This document shows positions 29,564-41,813 of a DNA stretch of 64,000 nucleotides, piece by piece (positions within the stretch are counted from its first letter, which is position 1; the number at the start of each line of letters is the position of its first letter). The DNA lies in the NCBI RefSeq assembly GCF_009914755.1, contig NC_060927.1, one strand, 5' to 3'. The DNA comes from the human T2T-CHM13v2.0 reference genome, Homo sapiens. The notes below the pieces were generated by a model. The model was not told where the DNA came from and made no database searches. It saw nothing but the letters and a program-made list of their open reading frames with translations. The translations under genes were made by a program, and so were the position numbers.

Positions 29564-30107
29564 AGATGAGATTCAGGACACACCACGCCAAAATATGACT
29601 GTAGGACACCAGATATGCCCCCTAAAATACATTTCTTTGGCATATTTTGAGCTGGTTATTATGAGAAACTGCAGACACAGGAGTAGCTCTGAAAGCTGCT
29701 TTTTTTTTGTAATGGAAATTTACAATTATAAGGAAAATCTACATTAGTAAAGTATCTGTATCAGGAAGAGAGCCATTCCAGACAACTTTTATTACCCAAG
29801 ATATTTATTGTTTACATAACAGGACAACTTTTAGTCACCATACGTTTCTTCCCCTCACTTTCTCACACCTTGTATCATCAGCTCTACCCGCTAGAAAACC
29901 CAAACTCTTATTCTTTTCTGTAGCTCAGGACACTGCGTAAACTTCAATCATCTGACCCTTCCTTGAGTCTCATGTTTCATGCACTTCCTTGCATATATGT
30001 GTAATTAGATGCTTTTTCTCCTGTTAATCTGCTTTATGTTAATTTAATTTGTAGTGCAGCCAAAGAACATGGAAGGTTAGAGGGAAGCCATTTTTCCTTC
30101 CTCTACA
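29564..30107 (+). mobile_element. MER34-family ERV1 solo LTR
   Basis: 'ccaaaatatgactgtaggacaccagatatgccccctaaaata..tttggcatattttgagctgg' and terminus 'tttctcctgttaatctg..ttcctctaca'. Confidence 0.75.
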
Positions 30108-30419
30108 GAGGCAAAAATAAATTGCTCATAAAAGACACTTCTGTTAATGTTCTTTGGTCTTAATTAGCTTTTTACCCAGATTTTAACACATACAAGAAAT
30201 CACAAAAGCAAAGTGACTGTACTGTGCAGTAGGAAGAGAGTGAACTCCCCACCTTCCTCCCACCATTTGTTTGAGCAGAGCTGGTTGGATAGGAAAATAA
30301 TTGGGGAGTAAGAGGAAATCTTTTAAAGTATAAACTGGTACATATTGCTCTTTTTACAGGTTGAACCAAAGAGAAATTGTTCTTAGGAAACAACTTTTCA
30401 GAGGCAGAATGATGGCCAC

Positions 30420-31017
30420 TGTTGATAAAGAGAGTCAAGCTCTGTAAAATCTTTGAAGAAATTTATTCTGAGCCAAATGTGGGTGAGCATGGCCCGTGAC
30501 ACAGCTCTCAGGAGATCCTGAGAACATGTGCCAAGTTGATTGGGGTGCATCTTGGTTTTATACATTTTAGAGAGATAAGGCTTCAATCAAATACATTTAA
30601 GAAATATATTGGTTTGGTTCAGAAAGGTGGCACAACTCGAAGTGGGCTGGCGGGGGCTTCCAGCTTATAGGTAAATCTAAAAATTTCCTGGTTGACAATT
30701 GGTGGAGTTTATCTAAAGACCTGAGATCAGTAGAAAGTAGTGTCTGGGTTATGATAAGAGGTTGTGGAGACCAAAGTTCTTATTTGCAGAGGAAGCTTTC
30801 CAGTAGTAGGCTTCAGAGAGATTAAGTTGTAAAATGTTTCTTATCAGACTTAAAGGTGTCTGTTGATGTTAATGCTAGAGAGGTATAGAGGCATGTCTGA
30901 CCGTCATTTCCCATCATGGCCTGAAACGATCTCAGGTTAAATTTTAAAATGACCCTGGCCAAGAAGAAAGTTCAATCAGATGGTTAGGAGGCTCTAGAAT
31001 TTTATTTTTGGTTTACA
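30420..31017 (-). mobile_element. MER4A-like ERV1 solo LTR
   Basis: TG...CA ends, 'gagtcaagctctgtaaaat..tttattctgagccaaat' and 'tttatttttggtttaca'. Flanks CCAC/CTGC are consistent with a decayed CCGC TSD. Confidence 0.88.
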
Positions 31018-31717
31018 CTGCTATCTTAGATTTCTTCCCAAATTCATTACTATAGGAAGATGACTTAAAATGGTCATCTATGGCTACCTAGCCCAGCTTT
31101 AGTCCTCTGATGATTGAGAGTCCAGATATCTTCAATTTAGTATATTAATGGGCTTTAATAAGACACAATTTTAAAAATTGCTATACTTCCAATATGCTGA
31201 AACAATTTTATAAATTTTATGAATTGTTTAGGCTTTTTCCCTTCATACTTCCAAACAGTTTGCAAATAGCTAAGAAATTCACTGTGACAATTTAAGCAGC
31301 TTGCTCTTGATGCAGTGTCTAACATGTTTTGACAGATAGGGGCGCTTTCCAGCACATAAACTGCTATTGTGTTTCAGCACAACTCAAGCTTCAACCACCT
31401 GGATTAGAAACAAATGTGGGATATTTTCTTGGCAACAGCTACTGCTTTTGGCTTTACTAAAAAGAATCTTGCAGGTATCACTATTAGATGAAGAAAGGAG
31501 GGGCTTACATTTCAAAAAATACTCTTAGCGATCCTTAGGCCTGAGAATGGCTTCAAATAAAAGTCCAGTCTTTCCTCCCTGTTTCCAAGCAGAATTAAAC
31601 CCACTTCAGGCAAACATTTATTTGCATGTCATGGAATCAGGCATTTCCCCAATAGAGTCTCATCTCTTGGGTTATGTATTATCTCTAAAGATAACCTTTT
31701 AAAATATAAATAGGCTT

Positions 31718-31950
31718 GAGATGAAGTAAGGTTTAATGGAAAGAGAATAAGATATAGAATCGGAGGGACTTTCTTTCATGTCCCAACTTCGTCTCTGACT
31801 CTGTGTACAACTTGGAATACTTTTCCTAATCACTCTGAACCTCACCTTCCTCATTTGCAAAACGGGGATAATAACAGCTTTATAAATAATTGAAAGACTA
31901 AATGGCATACCCTACGTAAACTTTCTAGCATAGCGTTTAGCACTAGATAT
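31718..31950 (+). mobile_element. MIR
   Basis: Core 'ctctgaacctcaccttcctcatttgcaaaacggggataataac'. Confidence 0.75.
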
Positions 31951-32880
31951 GATTTTTTATTTTATCCTCATATCAGCATTATGAGAAAAATGCAATCTCT
32001 GTTTCACAGAAGAATCTAAAGTTCAAAGTGGTAATGCGCTTTCTCCAAGTACCTATGTTAAGTAAAAAGAATAGCCTGGGTAGTCAAATAACATTTTATT
32101 AAAGCAAATAAACTTTGGAAACATCACATGTTCCCAACATTTCAAATCCATCTCTCAGTCACTTCTGGGGTAGATATGGTGTTCATTTTTTCACAGTTCT
32201 TAAACCAGTTATGAAGTGAGTAAATAAAATGGAACCTATATTGCCTCCTTAACACATAGTTCTTTATCATTATTGAACACATAGAAATAAATGGCAAGTA
32301 TTAATTGAATTTCAAACTTTAATAATTTATATGATTATGTATTAAATGCCTGTCTTTTCTGCTGGACTGAAATTTCAGAAAAGCTGGGGAACACATATTT
32401 ATATACTCTCTTCCCAGTTTCTGGCTCATGGCAATTATCTATAAATATTTAAATTAGGACTGTTAATTAAATAAATAATATTTTCATAGTGAATGAAAGT
32501 CTGTTTTTTAAAGTATATTCTTGTTTCTATGTCTGGAATTTTTCTTTTTAATATACATTTCATTTACTTCATCAATAACATCAATTCATATTGATAAATA
32601 TTTAGAGAATATAGATGAGATGAAATCCAAAATAATGAGATTAAAATGTTATAGTTTGCTTTTTTAAAAAAAATTGAAAATTAATTTTAGTTGGACTTCA
32701 GAAAGTGTTTTCCTGGACACTTGTTGGCCTAACCGCTGGGTTCTTATTACAAGAGGTAAAGTGCAATAATAACATCCTTTTCTTCTAAGTTTCAGCCAGA
32801 TGTGTTAGGGAAAGTTTGCAAAAACCTCTTCATACATTTTTAAGTTTTATTATTGTTTTGATAAGATTTGTTTCATGTGG

Positions 32881-33237
32881 TATATTAGTCCATTTTTATG
32901 CTGCTGCTAAGGACATATCTGAGACTGGGAAGAAAAAGAGGTTTAATTGGACATACAGTTCCGCATGGCTGGGGAGGCCTCAGAATCATGGTGGGAGGTG
33001 AAAGGCACTTCTTACATGGTGGCGGCAAGATAAAAATTAGAGAAGATGCAAAAGGAAAACCCCCTGATAAAACCATCAGATCTCATGAGACTTATTTACT
33101 ACCATGAGAACAGTATGGGGGAAACTGCCTCCATGATTCAAATTATCTCCCACTGGGTCCCTCCCACAACACGTCGGAATTATGAGAGTACAATTCATGA
33201 TAAGATTTGGGTAGGTACACAGAGACAAATCATATCA
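32881..33237 (-). mobile_element. THE1 solo LTR (A/C-like)
   Basis: Full LTR 'tatattagtcc...catatca'. TSD TGTGG at 32876-32880 and 33238-33242. Confidence 0.95.
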
Positions 33238-33436
33238 TGTGGTAACAAATTTTACCAAACCAAATTCCCTTCAGGAATCTTATAATTAATTTTTGATTCT
33301 GCCTATTGAGTTTCTCACATTGAAGCAGGAACATTTTAGTATTATGATATATCATAAAAGTTCTATTCTCTTCAGGTTACTTTTCAGCCGTCTCTGGGAT
33401 ATCTGAAGTCTGTAAGTGTCTGAAGCTAAAAACTTT

Positions 33437-34956
33437 AAGTCCCTTCCACTTATGAGCCTGTAAAATCAAAAGCAAGTTAGTTGCTTCCTAGATAAGATAG
33501 GAGAACAGGTATTGGGTAAATACACCTATTCCAAATGGGAGAAACTGGCCAAAACAAAGGGGCTAAAGGGCCCATGCAAGTCTGAAATCCAGTGAGGCAG
33601 TAACTATATCTTAAAGATCTAAAATTATCTCCTTTGACTCCATGTCTCACATCCAGGTCATGCTGATTCAAGAAGTGGTCTCCCACAGCCATGGGCAGCT
33701 CTGTCCCTGTGGCTTTTCAGGGTACGGCCTCCCTCCTGACTGATTTCCCAGGCTGGCATTGAGTGTCTGCAGCTTTTCCAGGCTCATGGTGCCAGCTGTT
33801 GGTGGATCTGTTATTCTGGGGTTTGGAGAATGGTGGCTGTCTTTTCATAGCACCACTAGGCTATGCCCCAGTAAAGACTCTGTGTAGGGGCTCCATCCCA
33901 CATTTCCCTTCTGCACTGCACTAGCAGAGGTTCTCCATGAGGTCTCCACCCCTGCAGTAAACTTCTGCCTAGACATCCAGGTGTTTCCTTACATTCTCAG
34001 AAATCCAGGCAGAGGTTCCCAAACCTCAATTCTTGACTTCTGTGCACCTGCAGGCTCAACACCATGTGGAAACTGCCTAGGCTTGGGGCTTGCAGCTTCT
34101 GAAGCCATGGCCTGAGCTGTACCTTGGCCCCTTTTAGCCACAGCTGGAGCAGCTGGGAAACAGGGCACCAAGTCCCTAGGCTAGACAAAGCACAGTGACC
34201 CTGGGCCTGGCCCACAAGATTGTTTTTTCCTCCTGGGCCTGCCTCCACACCTGTGATGGGAGATGCTGCTGCTAAGGTTTCTGACATGTCCTGGAGACAT
34301 TTTCCCCATTGTCTTGGTGATCAGGATTTGGCTTCTCCTTACTTATTCAAATTACTGCAGCTGAACGGAATTTCTCCTCAGAAAATGGGTTTTTCTTTTC
34401 TATTGCATCCTCAGGCTGCAAATTTTTGGAACTTTTATGCTCTGCTGCCCTTTTCAACATATGTTCCAATTCCAAACCATATCTTTGTGAATACATAAAA
34501 CCAAATGCTTTAAACAGCATGCAGGTTGCATCTTGAATGCTTTGCTGCTTAGAAATTTCTTCCACCAGGTACCCTAAATCATCTCTCTGAAGTTCAAAGT
34601 TCCTCAGATCTTTAGGGCCGGGGTAAAATGTCACCAGTGTCTTTGCTAAAACATAGCAAGAGTCACTTTTATTCCAGTTCCCAACAAGTTCCTCATCTCC
34701 ATCTGAGATCACCTCAGCCTGAACTTCATTGTACACATCACTATCAGCATTGTGGTCAAAGCCATTCAACAAGTCTCCAGGACGTTCCAAACTTTCCCAC
34801 ATCTTTCTGTCTTCTTTTGAGCCCTCCAAACTGTTTCCACCTCTGCTGATTACCCAGTTCCAAAGTTGCGTCCACATTTTTGGGTATCTTTACAGCAGCA
34901 CCCCAACACCCAGTACCAATTTACTGCATTTGTCCAATCTCACACTGCTAATAAAG
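33437..34956 (-). mobile_element. THE1 internal region with a 32-bp LTR stub (34925-34956); other LTR missing
   Basis: Colinear with 11244-12712 of the intact THE1. Degenerate MaLR ORF 34347-34877. Confidence 0.92.
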
Positions 34957-35020
34957 CACGGTCATTTTTACAGTATTGATCCTACCAATCTATGTACATG
35001 GGATGTGTTTCCATTTGTTT

Positions 35021-35078
<58 letters not shown>

Positions 35079-38000
35079 CAGCTATTATAGAAGGGGTTGA
35101 GTTCTTGATTTGATCTTCTGCTATGTCACTGTTGGTGTATAGAAGAGCTACTGATTTGCATATATTAATCTTGTATCTGGAAACTTTGCTGAATTATTTT
35201 ATCAGTTCTAGGAGCTTTCTGGAGGAGTCAGAATTTTCAAGGTAAACAATCATATTGTCAGCAGACAGGGACAGTTGGACTTCCTCTTTACTGATTTGGA
35301 TGCTGTTTATTTCTTTCTCTTGTCTGATTGCTCGGGCTAGGACTTCCAATACTATGTTGAAGAGGAGTGCTGACAGTGAACATCCTTGTCTTGTTCCAGT
35401 TATCACAGGGAATGATTTCAACTTTTCCCCATGTGGTATTATGTTGGCTGTGTGTTTGTCATAGATGGCTTTTATTATATTGAGGTATGTCCCTTGTATA
35501 ACAGTTTGGCTGAGAGTTTTAATCATAAAGGGATGCTGCATTTTGTCGAATGCTTTTTCTTCATCTATTGAGATAATCACGTAATTTTTGTTTTTAATTC
35601 TGTTTATGTGGTGTATGACATTTATTGACTTGAGTATGTTAAACCATCCCTGCATCCCTGATATGAAATGTGCTTGATCATGGTGGATTATGTTTTTGAT
35701 ACGTTGTTGGATTCAGTTAGCTACTATTTTGTTAAGGATTTTAGCATCTATGTTCATCAAGGATATCAGTCTGTAGTTTTCTTTTTTGGTTATGTCCTTT
35801 CCTGGTCTTGGCATTGTGGTGATGCTGACCCCATAGAATGAATTAGGAATGGTTCCCTCTTTCTCGATCTTGTGGAATAGTGTCAAAAGGATTGGTACAA
35901 ATTCTTCTTTGAAGGTTTGGTAGAATTCTGCTGTGAATTTGTTTGGTCCATGACTCTTTTTCTTTGTAATTTTTAAATTACCATTTCAATCTTGCTGCTA
36001 GTTATTGGTCTGTTCAGGGTATCTAATTCTTCCTGATTTAAGCTAGGAGAGTTGTATTTTTCCAGGAATTTATCCATCTCTTCTAGGTTTTCCAGTTTAT
36101 GTGCATAAAGGTGTTCATAGTAGCCTTGAATGATCTTTTGTATTTCAGTGGTGTCAGTTGTAATATCTCCCACTTCATTTCTGAATGAGGTTATTTGGAT
36201 TTTCTCCATTCTTTTCTTGGTTAATCTTGCTAATGGTCTATCAATTTTATTTATCTTTTCAAAGAACCAGCTTTTCATTTTATTTATCTTTTGTATTTTT
36301 TTTTTTGCTTGTTTGTTTCAATTTCATTTAGTTTTTCTCTGATCTTGGTTCTTTCCTTTCTTCTGCTGGATTTGGGTTTGGTTTGTTCTTGTTTCTCTAG
36401 TTCCTTGAGGTATGACCTTAAAATGTCTCTTTGTTTTCCTTCAGTCTTTTTGATGTAGGTGTTTCGGGCTATGAACTTTCCTATTAGCACTATCTTGGCT
36501 GTATGCCAGAGGTTTTGATAGGTTGTGTTATTATTGTCGTTTAGTTGGAAGAATTTTTTAATTACCATCTTGATTTCATTTTTGACCCAATGTTCATTCA
36601 GGAGCAGGTTATTTAATTTCCATGTATTTGCATGGTTTTGAAGGTTTCTTTTGGAATTGATTTCCAGTTTTATTTCACTGTGGTCTGAGAGAATGCTTGA
36701 TATAATTTCAATTTTCCTAAATTTATTATGGTTCATTTTGTGGCCTACCATATAGTCTATCTTGGAGAAAGTTCCATGCACTATTGAATAGAATGTGTAT
36801 CCTGTGGTTGTTGGATGGAATGCTCTGTATATATCTATTAAGTCCATTTGTTCCAAGGTGTAGTTTAAATCCATTGTTTCTTTGTTGGCTTTCCGTCTTG
36901 ATGACCTGTCTAGTGCTGTCAGTTGAGTTGTGAAATCCCCCACGATTATTGTGTTGCTGTCTATCTCATGTTTTAGGTCTATTAGTAATTGCTTTATAAA
37001 TTTTGGAGCTCCAGTGTTAGGTGCATGTATGTTTAGGATTGTGATATTTTTCTGTTGGACAAGGACTTTTACCATTGTATAATATCCCTCTTTGTCTTTT
37101 TTAACTGCTGTTTCTTTAAAGTTTGTTTTGTCTGATATAAGAATAGCTATCACTGTTCACTTTTGGTGTCCACTTGCAGGAAATGCCTTTTTCCACCCCT
37201 TTAATTTTATGAGTCCTTTATGTGAGTTTCTTGAAGGCAGCAGGTAGTTGGTTGGTGAGTTCTTACCCATTCTGCAGTTCTTTTTCTTTTAAGTGGAGCA
37301 TTTAGGCCATTTACATTCAATCTGAGTATTAACATGTGAGGTACCATTTCCAGGATTTGTTTCAAGATTTAAACCTCCTTTTAGCAGTTCTTGCAGTGGT
37401 GGCTTGGTAGTGGCAAATTCTTTTAGCATTTGTTTGTCTGAAAAGGCTATATTTATTCTTCATATATGATGCTTAGTTTCACTGGACACAGGATACAAAA
37501 TTATTGGCTGATAGTTTTTTTGTTTGAGGAGGCTGAAGATAGGGCCCCAATCCCTTCTAGCTTGTAGAGTTTCTGCTGAGAAATCCGCAGTTAATCTGAT
37601 AAATTTTCTTTACAGGTTACCTAGTGCTTTTGTCTCACAGCTCCTAAGATTCTTTCCTTTGTCTTAACTGTAGATAACCTGGTGACAATGCGGTTACATG
37701 ATAATCTTTTGGCAATGAATTTCCGAGGTGTTCTTTGTGCTTCTCATTTTTGGATATCTAGGTCTCTAGCAAGGCCAGGGAAGTTTTCCTTTAATATTTC
37801 CCCAAATATGTTTTCCAAACTTTTAGATTTCTCTTCTTCCTCAGGAACACTGATTATTCTTAGGTTTGGTTATTTAACATAATCCCAGACTTCTTGGATG
37901 CTTTGTTCATACTTTCTTATTCTTTTGTCTGTCTTTGTTGGATTGGGTTAATTTGAAGTCCTTGTCTTTGAGCTTTGAATTTCTTTCTTCTACATGTTCA

Positions 38001-39698
38001 ATTCTATTGCTGAGACTTTCCATAGCATTTTGCATTTCCATAAGTATGTCCAATGTTTCCTAAAGTTTTGATTGTTTTTTATTTATGCTATCTATTTCCT
38101 TGAATAGTTCTCCCTTCACTTCTTGTATTGTTTTTTGGATTTCCTTGCATTGGGCTTTGCCTTTCGCTGGTGCCTCCCTGATTAGCTTAATGATTAACCT
38201 TCTGAATTCTTTTTCAGGTAAATCAGGGATTTCTTCTTGGTTTGGATCTATTGCTGGTGAGGTAGTGTGATTTTTTTGGGGAGGGTGTTAAAAATCCTTA
38301 TTTTGTCATATTAGCAGAGTTGATTTTCTGGTTCCTTCTCTTTTCGGTAGGCTCTGTTAGAGGGAAGGTCTAGGGCTGAAAGCTGTTGTTCAGATCCTTT
38401 TGTCCCATGGGGTGTTCTCTTGATGTAGTACTTCCCCACTTTTCCTATGAACGTGGCTTCCTGAGGAAGGAAAAATCAGCTGTAGTGATTGTTATCTCTC
38501 TTCTAGGTCTAGCTACCCTGCATGTCTGCCAGGCCCTGGGTTGGTACTGGGGTATATCTGCACAGAGTCCTGTGATGTGAACCATCTATGGGTCTCTTAG
38601 CTGTGGATACTAGCACCTGTTCCAGTGGAGGTGAAAGGGGAGTGAAATGGACTCTGTGAAAGTTCTTAGCTTTGGAGGTTTAATGTTCCATTTTTGTGCT
38701 GGTTGGTTGCCTTCCAGGAGGTGACACTTTTCAGAGAGCATCAGCTTTAGTAGCATGGAGAGAAATAGGTTTCGGGCAGGGCCCTAGAACTCCCAAGATT
38801 ATATGCCTTTGGCTTCCACGACCAGGGTGAGTAGGGAAGGACCATCAGGTAGGGGCAGGGCTAGACTCTCCTTGGGCAGGTCTTGCTGTGGGTGCTTTGG
38901 ATGATGGAGGTGAGGTTCCCAGGTCAATGGAGTTATGTACCTAGGAGGATTATGGCTGCATCTGCTGAGTCATGAAGGTTGTTAGGAATGTAGGGGAAAG
39001 CCAGCAGTCACAGGCCTTATCTAGCTCCCACACAATCTGAAGGGCTGTGCCCTTCCCACTGTGTACCCACCCCCGCCCCACCAAACGTTTCCAGGCAGAG
39101 AGAGCCATATGGCTTGAAAATCTGCCCCAAGCTACCTGCCTCCAAGCTGTGAAAGAAAAGGGCTTGGTTCCTCCCGCTCCTGTGGAGTCTGCATACTGGA
39201 TTCACACTCTTCCCGGAGTTCTGGCCAGGAGGCTTCTCTCCCTGTTGAAATTGTCACAAAGTTCAGGTAGATATTTGCTTCTCCCTGTGTAGTTTTACCC
39301 CTTGCTTCTCTCCCATTGGATCCCTGTGGTGCCAGGAAGGAATGGCCTGCTAGGGGACCCAGTGAGCTCCCAGGGCCTTTCTGCTGCTTTCTCTACCCCT
39401 GTATTTTGCTCAGCTCTCCAAATTGATTCTGCTCCAGGTAATGTCAGAAACTTCTCCCACAAACAGACCTTCAGCTTCTTTAGTGGGAGTATGTGTTAGG
39501 GAGAGGAGGGTCTCCCTTTCCCACTTCTGCAGTTGGGGCACTCACAATTTTGTGGGGGTCTCCTGGTTCTTGCAGGAGCAGTCTGCTTCCTTCAGAAGGT
39601 CTGTGGGTCCTCTGGGGATTGCTGGTTTGTTCTTGCAGTAGGTCTGGAGCTATAATTCACATTGTGAGCCACCACCCACTGCTCTGTCTGGAGCTGCC
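34957..39698 (-). mobile_element. L1PB-type element #1 (5'UTR, ORF1, ORF2 EN and part of RT), 3'-truncated
   Basis: ORF2 fragments 36284-37153 (endonuclease), 35973-36278 and 35194-35655 (RT). ORF1 ~37350-38270. GC-richer 5'UTR up to 'ggagctgc' at 39697. Confidence 0.93.
35024..35075. repeat. (AT)26 microsatellite
   Basis: Perfect AT run read directly. Confidence 0.97.
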
Positions 39699-41301
39699 AA
39701 GGTATGTCCTTTCTATGCTGATTTTGCCTAGGGTTTTAATCATAAAGCAATGCTAGATTTTGTCAAATACTTTTTCTGTGTCTATTGAGGTAATCATGTG
39801 ATTTTTAACATATGATCATGTAAATCATATGTTAAACCATTCCTGTATCCCTGATATGAAACCCACTTGATTATGGTGGATTATATTTTTGATATGCTGT
39901 TCAATTATGCCAGCTACTATTTTGTTGAGCATTTTTGCATCCATGTTTATAGGAGTATTGGTCTGTAGCTTTCTTTTTCATTTTCTTTTTTTTTTTGTTT
40001 TGTTATGTTCTTCCCTGGCTTTTTTTTTTATTAGGGTGATACTGGCTTCATAGAATGATCTAGGGAGGATTCCCTCTGTCTCTATCTTTTGGAATAGTGT
40101 CATTAGGATTGGTACCAATTCGTCAATGAATGTGACAGAATTCAGCTTTGAATTTTCTGGTCCTAAATTTTTTTTACTGGTAATTTTTAAATTACCATTT
40201 CAATCTCGCTGCTTGTTATTGGTCTGTTCAGAGATTCTATACCTTCCTGATTCAATCTAGGAGAGTTGTATATTTTCAGAAATTTATCCATCTCCTTTGG
40301 GTTTTCTAGTTTATGTGTGTAAATGTGTTCATAGTAGCTTTGAATAAATATTTTGTATTTATGTGGTATCAATAGTGATATCTCCAGTTTCATTTCTAGT
40401 TGAGCTTATTGAGATCTCTTTTCTTTTTTTGGTTAATCTCACTAACGGTCTATCAATTTTGTTTACCTTTTCAAAGAACCAGCTTTTCGTTTCATTTATC
40501 TTTTGTATTTTGTTTGTTTGCTTATTTCAATTCTATTTTGTTCTGCTCTGGTCTTTATTTCTTTTCTCCTCCTCGCCGTGGGTTTGGATTCTTCTTATTT
40601 CTCTAGTTACATGAGGTGTGACCTTAGATTGTCTATTTGTGCTCTTTCAGACTTTTTGGTGCAGGCATTTAATGCTATGAACCTTCCTATTAGCACGGCT
40701 TTTGCTGAATCCCAGAGGTTTTGATAGGTTGTGTCACTATTATCTTTCAGTTCAAAGTATTTTTTTAATTTCCATCTTGATTTCATTGTTGACTCAATGA
40801 TCATACAAGAGCAGGTTATTTAATTTTCAAGAATTTGTATGGTTTTGAGGCTTCCTTTTAGGGTTGGTTTCCAATTTTATCCCACTGTGGTCTGAAAGAG
40901 TACTTTATGTAACTTCGATTTTCTTAAATTTACTGATACTTGTTTTGTGGCCTATCATGTGGTCTATCTTGGAGAATGATCCATGGGCTGATGAATAGAA
41001 TGTATATTCTGCAGTTATTGGGTAGAATGTTCTATAAATATCTGTTAAGTCCTTTTGTTGTAGGGAATATTTTAGGTCCATTGTTTCTTTGTTGACTTTC
41101 TGTCTTGATGACCTGTCTAGTGCTGTCAGTGGAGTATTGAAATCCCCCACTATTATTGTGTTGCTGCCTATCTCATTTTTTAGGTCTAGCAGTCATTGTT
41201 TTACAAATTTGGGAGCTCCAGTGTTAGGTGCATGCATATTTATAGTTGTGATATTTTCCTGTTGGACGACTCCTTTTATTATTATATAATGTCCTTCTTT
41301 G

Positions 41302-41813
41302 TTTTTATTTTACTATTATACTTTAAGTTTTAGGGTACATGTGCACAATGTGCAGGTTAGTTACATAAGTATACATGTGCCATGCTGGTGTGCTGCACCC
41401 ATTAACTTGTCATTTAGCATTACGTATATCTCCTAATGCTATCCCTCCCCCCTCCCCCCACCCCACAACAGTCCCCAGAGTGTGATGTTCCCCTTCCTGT
41501 GTCCATGTGTTCTCATTGTTCAATTCCCAACTATGAGTGAGAATATGTGGTGTTTGGTTTTTTGTCCTTGCGATAGTTTACTGAGAATGATGATTTCCAA
41601 TTTCATCCATGTCCCTACAAAGGACATGAACTCATCATTTTTTATGGCTGCATAGTATTCCATGGTGTATATGTGCCACATTTTCTTAATCCAGTCTATC
41701 ATTGTTGGACATTTGGGTTGGTTCCAAGTCTTTGCTATTGTGAATAGTGCCGCAATCAACATACGTGTGCATGTGTCTTTATAGCAGCATGATTTATAGT
41801 CCTTTGGGTATAT
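41302..41813 (-). mobile_element. Young L1PA (approx. L1PA3) 3' fragment, ~510 bp
   Basis: ORF 41520-41762 (ORF2 C-terminus) and 3'UTR 'ttttagggtacatgtgcacaatgtgcaggttagttac'. It interrupts host sequence that is continuous at 37088-37110. Confidence 0.93.

Noticed and set aside
36284-37153. 289-aa open L1 endonuclease ORF as a functional or domesticated protein
   Set aside because: The N-terminus is missing and conserved motifs are altered (NIYAPN to NIHAPN, GDFNT to GDFTT). Adjacent ORF2 is fragmented.
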